A stretch of DNA of 64,000 nucleotides, taken from Firmicutes bacterium CAG:534. GTDB lineage: Bacteria; Pseudomonadota; Gammaproteobacteria; Enterobacterales; Succinivibrionaceae. The stretch is from positions 3,816 through 67,815 of the forward strand of contig CAVJLP010000002.1 in assembly GCA_963650525.1 (NCBI GenBank), in the 5' to 3' direction. Made by a program: the position numbers and the translations under genes. A model generated the notes under the pieces. That model ran no database searches. It was given only the letters and a program-made list of their open reading frames with translations, and was not told where the DNA came from. Below are positions 18,763 to 28,769 of the stretch, in pieces (position 1 is the first letter of the stretch; the number at the start of each line of letters is the position of its first letter).

Positions 18763-19535
18763 TGCACCCTTTTTTAAATATTCTTGGGCACAATGTGCCT
18801 CTTTATGGCCTGATGATCGCACTTGGTATGCTGATCTCAGGTAGCATTGCCTATCAGACAGCAAAGCATCGTCATCTTGATGCTGATGGGGTGTTGGCTA
18901 TAAGCGGATATGCTGTTTTAGGCGGTTTCATTGGAGCTAAGCTTTTATATCTTGCAACTGAGTACAGACAGCTTGATATAAGTCGGGTATTTGATCCTAG
19001 CTACAGACTAAGTCTTATTAATGCAAGCGGCTTTGTCGTAATAGGCGGTCTCATTAGTGGCGCCCTTGTAGGCTTTCTAGCTGCCAGATTTCATAATTTA
19101 GATTATCGAAGGCTCCTTGAAAATACCATTTTTGCTCTGCCTCTCGCTCAGGGCTTTGGGCGGATAGGTTGTTTTTTTGCAGGTTGCTGTTATGGCGTGC
19201 ATTATGATGGTCTTTTAAGCGTGACCTTTCCTCATGGATCAATTCCGGGATCTGAGCCGAGACTTCCAATTCAGCTTATTTCTGCAACAGTGCTTTTTAT
19301 TTTGTCCTTAATTTTATATTTCATCTCTAAAACAGCTTATAGGAAGTATCTGATAGTGATCTATATCGGCTCTTATGCCTCTCTTAGATTTATTATTGAA
19401 TTCTTCCGTGCAGATGAAGTGCGCGGAATATTTGCCGGCTTGTCACTTTCGCAGTATCTGTCGTTGTTGCTTTTATCCTTGATGTCTGCATATGTTCTTT
19501 TAAGGGAGTTTATCCTAAAAAGAACACATGCCTAA
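18762..19535 (+). CDS. lgt: Prolipoprotein diacylglyceryl transferase
   Basis: VHPFLNILGHNVPLYGLMIALGML.., GAKLLY, GRIGCFFAGCCYG. The proposed GTG start overlaps the upstream TAG (TAGTG). The first 19 codons of the ORF-track start (18705) lie inside the previous gene. Confidence 0.8.
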   Translation: MHPFLNILGHNVPLYGLMIALGMLISGSIAYQTAKHRHLDADGVLAISGYAVLGGFIGAKLLYLATEYRQLDISRVFDPSYRLSLINASGFVVIGGLISGALVGFLAARFHNLDYRRLLENTIFALPLAQGFGRIGCFFAGCCYGVHYDGLLSVTFPHGSIPGSEPRLPIQLISATVLFILSLILYFISKTAYRKYLIVIYIGSYASLRFIIEFFRADEVRGIFAGLSLSQYLSLLLLSLMSAYVLLREFILKRTHA

Positions 19536-19564
19536 ATATAGGTTGCAAGCTATATTGCTTGTGA

Positions 19565-20089
19565 CTACTGCTTTAAAAAGACCCACATACAGGCTGTTTT
19601 CCCAGCAATGGCATTTCCACCTGCACACGTTACACGATCAATTTTAGCTGTGCTTTTGACGGCTATCATGGAGACTACAGTTGTCTTGATCTTGTCGGCA
19701 AGTTTCTGCAGATCTATCTTGATAATTTCATCTCCGGCAGTGACGCTGTCACCCACCTTTTTTAGGGCAGTAAAGCCCTCTCCTGAGAAAAAATCAGTTC
19801 CGATACCAAACTTTACATAGATTTCGGCACCGCATTCTGTTTTTATTACAAAAGCAGAATTTGATGTAAGTATGCGGGAGATTACTCCATTGCAGGGCGC
19901 AACAAGGCAGTCATTATCGGGAATTAAGGCACAGCCATCACCTGCAATACGCTCACAGATCACCGGATCTGGAACGTCATCTAAGGCAATGAGGGTTCCT
20001 GATACTGGAGCTGTAAGCTCTAGATCAGCCTCTTCATTTGATTCTTTGGAGCCTGAGGAGAAAGAGAATAGTTTGGATAAAAATGACAT
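19565..20089 (-). CDS. PTS EIIA-Glc (Crr) homologue lacking both active-site histidines
   Basis: Ungapped alignment with E. coli Crr over about 80 residues. I count 37 identities by hand (APxSG, DVPD, GDG, VAP, NxAF, FGIxT, GEGF). H75 is Ser (TSNSAF) and H90 is Lys (YVKFGIGT). Confidence 0.85.
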   Translation of the reverse strand: MSFLSKLFSFSSGSKESNEEADLELTAPVSGTLIALDDVPDPVICERIAGDGCALIPDNDCLVAPCNGVISRILTSNSAFVIKTECGAEIYVKFGIGTDFFSGEGFTALKKVGDSVTAGDEIIKIDLQKLADKIKTTVVSMIAVKSTAKIDRVTCAGGNAIAGKTACMWVFLKQ

Positions 20090-20094
20090 AGGGA

Positions 20095-21759
20095 TCAGCT
20101 GTTTAGGTTATCGATGATAGAGGCAATTTCCTGTCCTCTAAAGGTGTTCATAACTTTGTCAAAAAGTTCTTCATCAAAGTATGGCTCATTGCCGTCAAGA
20201 TCCAGTCTTTCAACAGCCGTACGTAATGATGCAATTTCAAAGCTGTCTACGGTTGCATAGGATACACCTATGTGCCAGAAAAAAGGCATAAGCTCAGCTC
20301 GTCCTGCAAAGCGTCCTGCTACACCTACAGGGATCCCGGAGCGGTGGGCAGCTCTTGCAGCAGTTACAATAAGCTTTGCAAGAGGTGGGGTAAAGGTTGA
20401 ATCATCAGGACGTGGTGCACAAGCGTATTCGGCAAGTGATGAAGTTCCGATAATAAACATGGAAAATTCACCGGCAAAGGCCTCGGCAGATAAAACCGCT
20501 GCCGGAGTTTCGATCATAAGTGCCAGTTCATATTGTGAGTGGGGCTTGTGCTCAAAGCTAAGCTCCTTTTGACAATCTGATGCTAGCTTCTTTAAATATC
20601 TTGCCTCGGAGAATCTTGTGACCAGTGGAAAGACTATGGTGAGCTTGCGTGCAGGATCTGATTGCATCAGTGCACGTAGCTGTTTTTTTAACAGCGATGA
20701 GCTTACGCAGGCTCCATAGCCGCGAAGTGGACCTGTGGTATCACCGGAGAGTTCAAAAATAGGTTTTTTATCACCAGCAAAATCAAAAGTTCTTGCGGTA
20801 ATGGGAAGATTAGGATTAATAGGCTTGATGATTGCGGCAAAGCGTTCAATCATTTCTTTTTCATCAGGCTCATGATCCATACTCAAAAATAAGAATTCTG
20901 AGCGCAACAGCCCTAGTCCATAGTGTTTGTAGACGTTATTTAAGCGCCCGTTCTGGAAGGTACCTATGGAGCAGGCAATAGTAATAGGCAGTGTGCTGTC
21001 ATCATCGGCAACATCTGCAAAAAAGCCTTGTTTGGCAATTGCCGCTTCACACATTTCAAAGGGGGCATCAACTGTAACACAGCCGGTATTGGCATCTAAT
21101 AGTAATCTTGAGCCCTGAGTTATTTCTGTTGCGCCTGTGGCTCCGAAAATTGATGGAATAGAAAGTTCACGCAGGGCAGTTGCAAGATGTCCTGTAGTAC
21201 GGCCCTGCTCTAGGATCACGCCTTTAACAAAGCGAGTTTCGAGAGATAGAAGCTGGGCTGGAGTTAATACCTTAGCCACAATAATGGTGTCTTCGGTAAG
21301 GGTTGGCATATCCGTGATAGTTACACCGCGCATAAACAGAGCCTGTACAAACTCTCTTATCAGAAGCTCAATTGAGCGTAGCTCATACAGGTTGCTTTGA
21401 TCGTCTAAATCATATTGAAATTTAAAGAACTTTAATCCTTGAAGATATACGGTTCTAGCTGCCATCGGAGCTGTATCACCGTTTTTTATAAGCTCAATTA
21501 CCTTTTCAACATTATCAGCGGCGGTGAGATAGCCTGCCGTAGCACCATAGAGATCGCGTTGACTGTCAAGTGCAGGATTGGCAGTCTGACGCAGACGATC
21601 GGAGAAAATCTTTAGCGTGCGACGATATACCTCTGACTCTCCTTCAGGATCTAAGGCCCAGGGTCTGTCAAAGTCAGGATTGTATACCGCACGGGTAAGC
21701 ACTCGTGCGTGTCCTGAACTAATACCTGATGATGAGGGAATGCCGTTAATGGTGTACAT
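20095..21759 (-). CDS. PTS Enzyme I (PtsI) homologue with a degenerate PEP-binding/catalytic site
   Basis: Collinear with E. coli EI: GIPSSSGISSG, GRTTGH, LRSEFLF, ARTFDFAGDK, MIETPAA, IGTSSL. Catalytic positions differ (see finding). Confidence 0.8.
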   Translation of the reverse strand: MYTINGIPSSSGISSGHARVLTRAVYNPDFDRPWALDPEGESEVYRRTLKIFSDRLRQTANPALDSQRDLYGATAGYLTAADNVEKVIELIKNGDTAPMAARTVYLQGLKFFKFQYDLDDQSNLYELRSIELLIREFVQALFMRGVTITDMPTLTEDTIIVAKVLTPAQLLSLETRFVKGVILEQGRTTGHLATALRELSIPSIFGATGATEITQGSRLLLDANTGCVTVDAPFEMCEAAIAKQGFFADVADDDSTLPITIACSIGTFQNGRLNNVYKHYGLGLLRSEFLFLSMDHEPDEKEMIERFAAIIKPINPNLPITARTFDFAGDKKPIFELSGDTTGPLRGYGACVSSSLLKKQLRALMQSDPARKLTIVFPLVTRFSEARYLKKLASDCQKELSFEHKPHSQYELALMIETPAAVLSAEAFAGEFSMFIIGTSSLAEYACAPRPDDSTFTPPLAKLIVTAARAAHRSGIPVGVAGRFAGRAELMPFFWHIGVSYATVDSFEIASLRTAVERLDLDGNEPYFDEELFDKVMNTFRGQEIASIIDNLNS

Positions 21760-21819
21760 ATTAACTAAAGCCTCTTAATGTCGCCTTAATCTTCTATTTT
21801 CTAGATCGTAACTTTTTAG

Positions 21820-22605
21820 CTAATTATTCGCCACTGTTTTGATATCAGTTACTGCGTTCTTTCTCAATTCCACATAATATTTGGTGCCGGCACAGACTGC
21901 AGCTGGCGGAATAATAAGATTTAATAGCGGAATGGCAAGACATATTGCTATTACTGCACCAATAATGAAGGTAGGTAATGTTGATGATTTGAGATCCTCA
22001 CGCATTAATTTAAAGGAAATCTTGTGATTATCATAGGCATAGTCAACGTACTGAAGACAGCCCATCCAAGATCCCAGCAAAAACCAGGGCACAGGTGAAA
22101 TAAGGTTCACTCCTGGAATTACGGATATGATAAGACACAGCAAAGCTCTTGGTAAAAAGAAGCACTGCTTGGCAAATTCGCGTTTTAGAATTCTGGGAAT
22201 ATCCCTGATGATCTCAGAGATGCTGGCATCAGGCGAGCTTGTCCCCTTAATGGCCATCTCTGCTTTGTCTGCTAGCAGACCATAGAAGGGGGAGGCTATG
22301 ATAGTTGCTATGGTTGAAAAGAAATAGCAACATACAAAGATGATCATGAGTGCTGCAATAACCGTCAGCAGATAGAGCAGAAACATCAAATAGTCTGGCA
22401 GATATTCTTTTAAGGAGAAGATCACCTCATTGATTAGTGAGTAGGCAAGGTAGCCTCCTAAGCTTAGGAGTAATAAATTTACGATTACGGGAATAATCAC
22501 GTAGGCACGGCATTCCTTGGAAAGCGCTAATTTAAAGCCCTGAGCAAGACAATCAAAGGTTGTACCGAGGCTTACACTATTTCTTTTTACATTGTTGTCA
22601 GACAT
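21820..22605 (-). CDS. cysZ: Sulfate transporter CysZ
   Basis: Collinear with E. coli CysZ: YFFSTIA..IASPFYGLLA, DIPRILKRE, LPRA, DYAYDNHK, IPLLNL. ATG 22605 (SD taaggac) is preferred over the longer ORF-track start. Confidence 0.85.
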   Translation of the reverse strand: MSDNNVKRNSVSLGTTFDCLAQGFKLALSKECRAYVIIPVIVNLLLLSLGGYLAYSLINEVIFSLKEYLPDYLMFLLYLLTVIAALMIIFVCCYFFSTIATIIASPFYGLLADKAEMAIKGTSSPDASISEIIRDIPRILKREFAKQCFFLPRALLCLIISVIPGVNLISPVPWFLLGSWMGCLQYVDYAYDNHKISFKLMREDLKSSTLPTFIIGAVIAICLAIPLLNLIIPPAAVCAGTKYYVELRKNAVTDIKTVANN

Positions 22606-22719
22606 GGGAGTGTCCTTAGTGCATTTTGCAGGTAAAATATTAACCAAATTTTTTTAGATTGCGAAAGTCTATAAAAGGAATTCTATTTTAGCAAAGGCAT
22701 CAACTTACTGGGGGTTTGC

Positions 22720-23496
22720 ATGTCTCTTAATGATTCAAGTGCGATCATTTTAATTGTAGGCGCTTTGGCAGTGATCGCATTCGTGATCCACGGCTTGTGG
22801 TTTTCAGGCAAAATCTCAAATCGTAAGTTAAGTAAAACGTCATCTTCCGATCAGGCTTTGCAAAATGCCAATGGTCTTGGCAAGGTGCGTATTGTTTCAA
22901 GCGGCAGTGATGAGCAGAATACTGCCAGTTCTCCTAAGTCTTTTAAATATATGGATTCTCAGGTGCAGCTTGAGGAACCCAAAAAAGAGCATGAAGCTGT
23001 TGACACGTTGAAAATGGAGGGGCACTCCATCGAGCCTGAAGCTAAGATTAAGCCTCAGGATATATATGAAATCAATATTGAATCGGAAAACGGTCACCCT
23101 TTTGCAGGTGATCATATAAATGAATTATTTTCCGAGTTCGGCTTTGTTAGAACAAAGCAGGGGCTGTATGTCTGTCCTGAAGCTGTGGGCAAGGATTTAT
23201 CAGAAACTCAGATAGTATTTCGTATCTGCTCTTTAACTAAGCCCTACAGCTTTCCTGAGGACATGAAAAATTATGAAACTCCGGCTATTGCTCTTTATAT
23301 GAAGCTTCCGGAGATTGGCAAGGGCGAAGGCTATTATACCTGCATGTATGCTGCCGCCTCTGAGATCGCCCGTCGCCTAGGTGGAAAATTTACCACTGCT
23401 GAGGGTGAACCACTAAGTGAGCAGATATTGAATGATACTCTGGATCTTTTACACAACTATGATGAGCCTGCTAACATCAGGCATCAGGTCTATTAA
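22720..23496 (+). CDS. zipA: Cell division protein ZipA (short form)
   Basis: N-terminal TM IILIVGALAVIAFVIHGLWFS and a C-terminal FtsZ-binding-type domain (..FRICSLTKPYSFPEDM..YETPAIALYMKLP). Divergent from cysZ and upstream of ligA, as in E. coli. Confidence 0.8.
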   Translation: MSLNDSSAIILIVGALAVIAFVIHGLWFSGKISNRKLSKTSSSDQALQNANGLGKVRIVSSGSDEQNTASSPKSFKYMDSQVQLEEPKKEHEAVDTLKMEGHSIEPEAKIKPQDIYEINIESENGHPFAGDHINELFSEFGFVRTKQGLYVCPEAVGKDLSETQIVFRICSLTKPYSFPEDMKNYETPAIALYMKLPEIGKGEGYYTCMYAAASEIARRLGGKFTTAEGEPLSEQILNDTLDLLHNYDEPANIRHQVY

Positions 23497-23528
23497 ATAT
23501 CTTCCAGAAAAACTTACAAAATATAGAG

Positions 23529-23576
23529 CCTCTTTTGCAAATTGGTTATGCCATGTGACAAAAGAGGTTTTGTTTT
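23529..23576 (+). terminator. Hairpin + T-tract between zipA and ligA
   Basis: cctcttttg / caaaagagg (9 bp, 21-nt loop) followed by ttttgtttt. Confidence 0.5.
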
Positions 23577-23591
23577 CTCTCCTGAGCATAA

Positions 23592-25676
<2,085 letters not shown>

Positions 25677-25683
25677 ATATAAA

Positions 25684-25714
25684 AGGCGTTGTACCCGTTA
25701 CAGCGCCTTTATTT
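25684..25714 (+). terminator. Rho-independent terminator of ligA
   Basis: aggcgttgt / acagcgcct (9 bp, one G-U pair) followed by ttatttg. Confidence 0.65.
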
Positions 25715-25761
25715 GACCTGTATCTGAATAGTCAGATAGGTGATTATTATTGGGTTACTAT

Positions 25762-26757
25762 CTAATCATTAGAGCTAGAGTTTGACATAACCTTCACATT
25801 GCTTCCATAGGCCTGAAGTACATGCTCAAGACGGCTTGCATGCTCGATTGGAACATAGAGTCCGTGCTTTTCAGCAGTGCTGAGACGATCGGTTCTGTAG
25901 CCGTTATTTAAGATCTTAAGGGTTGAAAGATCGGCACCTGAGAGCTCTGCTGCCTTTTTCATGGAGTCGATGCGACCTGCAATTTCAACCTTACGGAAAG
26001 CAGGACGGTTTTTAACCTCTGGGAGCTTTACTCCGTATCTTTGCGGATTTTTTAAAATATCAGCATAGGCACGGAAACGCTCAAGATAGCGACGGGCTCC
26101 GTTTGAAATCTTCACAGTATCAGTGGATATGGTGCTGACACCTCGAGCCTTGGCGGCATCTACTGCACGCTTGACACCGTATTCACCCTGATTATAGGCG
26201 GCAACCGCCAGCTGCCAGTCACCTAAATCCTTATAGAGCTTTTGCAGATAACGTACAGATGCATCAGTTGATTCAACAAAATCGTAGATTTCATCAAACC
26301 CGTGAGATGATTCAAGACCTACACTGCGACCGGTGGCCTTTTTGTACTGCCAGGGGCCATGAGCACCCTGATTGGAGCCTACCTGTGGATTTAGGCCACT
26401 TTCAACTAGAGGCACTGCTGCCAGCTCAATTGGCATATTGTTCTCTTCAAGGCGGGTCAACAAGTAGTGAATAAAGAATTTATTTTTTGATAGGTTCTTA
26501 ACCACTGAACGTGCATGGCTTTGTGCAATGCGTCTTTCTGAGGCAGTAGGCTTAATATTCAGGGAAAAACGGCTTTCTGATGCCAGACGGCTTTCCCAAA
26601 CACTCTTCTGCATCTCCTGTTGACGCAACATTTCCATGCGACGAGCTTCATCGTTGGCAGTGACATGTTCTGCCTGAGAAGTTGAATTACAGGCAGTAAG
26701 GTTCATAACACAGGCAAAAGCTGCGGTATAAATAAGTAGTAGCGTTTTTCTAATCAT
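25762..26757 (-). CDS. Lytic murein transglycosylase lipoprotein, MltD-like
   Basis: Lipobox MNLTAC. SLT domain (ELAAVPLVESGLNP, GPWQ, AYNQGEYGV). One LysM-like C-terminal segment. Shorter than E. coli MltD. Confidence 0.75.
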   Translation of the reverse strand: MIRKTLLLIYTAAFACVMNLTACNSTSQAEHVTANDEARRMEMLRQQEMQKSVWESRLASESRFSLNIKPTASERRIAQSHARSVVKNLSKNKFFIHYLLTRLEENNMPIELAAVPLVESGLNPQVGSNQGAHGPWQYKKATGRSVGLESSHGFDEIYDFVESTDASVRYLQKLYKDLGDWQLAVAAYNQGEYGVKRAVDAAKARGVSTISTDTVKISNGARRYLERFRAYADILKNPQRYGVKLPEVKNRPAFRKVEIAGRIDSMKKAAELSGADLSTLKILNNGYRTDRLSTAEKHGLYVPIEHASRLEHVLQAYGSNVKVMSNSSSND

Positions 26758-26814
26758 CGTATTCCCGTGATCGTCGGTACTTTTACATACTGGCGTTTCA
26801 AAGTTAGCTGAAGA

Positions 26815-27276
26815 TTAGGAGACAAAACCCTGATCAGGTAATTTTCGGTCCCCCGAGGCGGCTGTACGTGCTAATTCATCACAACGTTCGTTTTCTGGAT
26901 GTCCGGCATGGCCCTTCACCCAGTGCCAAGAAATCTCATGGCGTGCACATTCCTGATCAAGGCGTTGCCAGAGATCCTTGTTTTTTACCGCCTGTTTTGT
27001 GCTGGTGCGCCAATTATTGCGTTTCCAGCCTTTGAGCCATGACGTCATACCGTTTTTGACATACTGAGAATCAGTTGTCAGATGTACAAGGCAAGGCTCC
27101 TTCAGGGCTGCGAGTCCTTCAATGACTGCCATTAGCTCCATACGATTGTTGGTCGTAAGCAAAAAGCCCTGGGATAGTTCCTTTACGTGTTCTTGATACT
27201 TAAGAATAGCTCCATATCCCCCAGGACCTGGATTTCCAAGGCAAGAACCGTCGGTGAACAAAGCAACTTCCTTCAT
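26815..27276 (-). CDS. rnhA: Ribonuclease HI
   Basis: [55 protein letters not shown]. Divergent from dnaQ, as in E. coli. Confidence 0.95.
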   Translation of the reverse strand: MKEVALFTDGSCLGNPGPGGYGAILKYQEHVKELSQGFLLTTNNRMELMAVIEGLAALKEPCLVHLTTDSQYVKNGMTSWLKGWKRNNWRTSTKQAVKNKDLWQRLDQECARHEISWHWVKGHAGHPENERCDELARTAASGDRKLPDQGFVS

Positions 27277-27394
27277 TTTATTTCCTGTTTGTAAAAATTC
27301 AGTGTTGCCTCAAAAACCTTTTTGAGAAGCTCCGGACCTGTTCGGAGTTCTCTTTCACCTCGGCACACATTATATCAAATTCAAAAAAAACAAC

Positions 27395-27450
27395 TTTTTT
27401 TATGTATAACAAATAGATAATCTGAAATTGGATGTTATACATAAAAAAAA
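27395..27450. repeat. 17-bp perfect AT-rich inverted repeat with 21-nt spacer
   Basis: TTTTTTTATGTATAACA (27395-27411) and TGTTATACATAAAAAAA (27433-27449, A-run continues to 27450), inside the rnhA/dnaQ spacer. Confidence 0.8.
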
Positions 27451-27774
27451 TATTCACGAAACTATAGAAAAATTACTACTATGCCTGATAAAAGCAGATT
27501 TTTTTATAAAACTTTTTTTAAATTTCTTTAAAAATCAACATGATTACTATATAAAAAAGTAGTGTGGATTATTTTTATGCTAATAAATTTTCATTTTTGT
27601 AAAATTTTATCAAAGGCGTAAAAATCGTCTATCTTCTCGATATTTAGCCCTCTATACGTATTTTTACGAAATTTAAAAATGCGTATAGTGAAATCGTTAC
27701 CTTGCAACGGATTGTCATTGCCTTGTTAAAATACACAACATAGAGTCTTATTGCTAGTCTTACTAGGAGTTGCT

Positions 27775-28752
27775 TTGAAAAGATATGTAGCGCTTGATAC
27801 CGAAACTACTGGTAAGAGTGATGATGGAACCCCCGGTGATCACCGTATTATCGAGGTTGGCTGTGTTGAAATTGTGGACAGACGTATTACAGGTCGTCAG
27901 CTACAGGTTTATATCGATCCTGAGCGTCCTGTGGATGAGGAAGCTGCGGCAATTCACGGCTGGACCTGGGATAAGCTTAAGGGCAAGCCCAAGTTTCGCG
28001 ATGTTGCACCTCAAATTATTGATTTCATCAGAGGATCGGAGCTTTTGATCCATAATGCCAAGTTCGATACCTCATTTCTAAACAAGGAATGGACCTTAGC
28101 GGGGATCAATGAACGCACTGAGGACATGGCCCATGTCGTGGATACTGTGACGCTTGCAAGAAAGCTAGTACCAGGACATCAGGTTAATCTTGATAACCTC
28201 TGTAATATCTTTGATATTGACTCCTCAATGCGTACGTTGCATGGAGCTTTGCTGGATTCGCAGCTTTTGGCAGAGGTATACCTCGCAATGACGGGGGGAC
28301 AGGAGTCCTTTACCTTTCAGGAGACAGCAGGTGTTACCAAGAAGTGGAAAAGACCACAGGGCATACAGCTACCCTTAATGAGTGCAGAGCAGGATCGGGC
28401 TTTGGTTCACAGAGCTGCGCTGGTGTCTTTAGCTCAGGTCCATAAGATTTCAGACGGTGCTGATGGCAATACGCCTACGGCCGGTTCTGACTGGGGCTCA
28501 GGCTTTGAGGTTCCTCTGCTTATAAAGGGTGAGGATGAGGGCAAAAAGGATTTTAAAAAGCGTGTAAGCGTACAGCGTGAAGAGCTTATGCAACGTCTTT
28601 TCACTCCCGATGAGCGCATAATACTGGAGCGTTATCTCACCGTAGATGAGGCTGCACAGAAACATTGGGAGGATCGCGTTTTAGGTAAGGTAAAGGATCC
28701 TGAGGATCTAGCTCGCGAGGCTGCACTCTTAGCTGGAGGAAAGAAAAATTGA
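27775..28752 (+). CDS. dnaQ: DNA polymerase III epsilon subunit (proofreading exonuclease) with long C-terminal region
   Basis: Exo motifs ALDTETTG, HNAKFD, HGALLDSQLLAEVY. Clamp-binding-type motif QESFTF (E. coli QTSMAF). There is no ATG before Exo I. TTG 27775 lies 5 nt after AGGAG, and TTG 27751 is the alternative. Confidence 0.9.
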   Translation: MKRYVALDTETTGKSDDGTPGDHRIIEVGCVEIVDRRITGRQLQVYIDPERPVDEEAAAIHGWTWDKLKGKPKFRDVAPQIIDFIRGSELLIHNAKFDTSFLNKEWTLAGINERTEDMAHVVDTVTLARKLVPGHQVNLDNLCNIFDIDSSMRTLHGALLDSQLLAEVYLAMTGGQESFTFQETAGVTKKWKRPQGIQLPLMSAEQDRALVHRAALVSLAQVHKISDGADGNTPTAGSDWGSGFEVPLLIKGEDEGKKDFKKRVSVQREELMQRLFTPDERIILERYLTVDEAAQKHWEDRVLGKVKDPEDLAREAALLAGGKKN

Positions 28753-28769
28753 AGCTTAGTTTTAATGTA

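Noticed and set aside
27563-27571. DnaA-box-like 9-mer (reverse complement TAATCCACA) in the AT-rich rnhA/dnaQ spacer, considered as a replication-origin signature.
   Set aside because: It is a single imperfect box with no cluster of boxes, no 13-mer AT repeats in the usual arrangement, and no dnaA/gidA-type neighbours.
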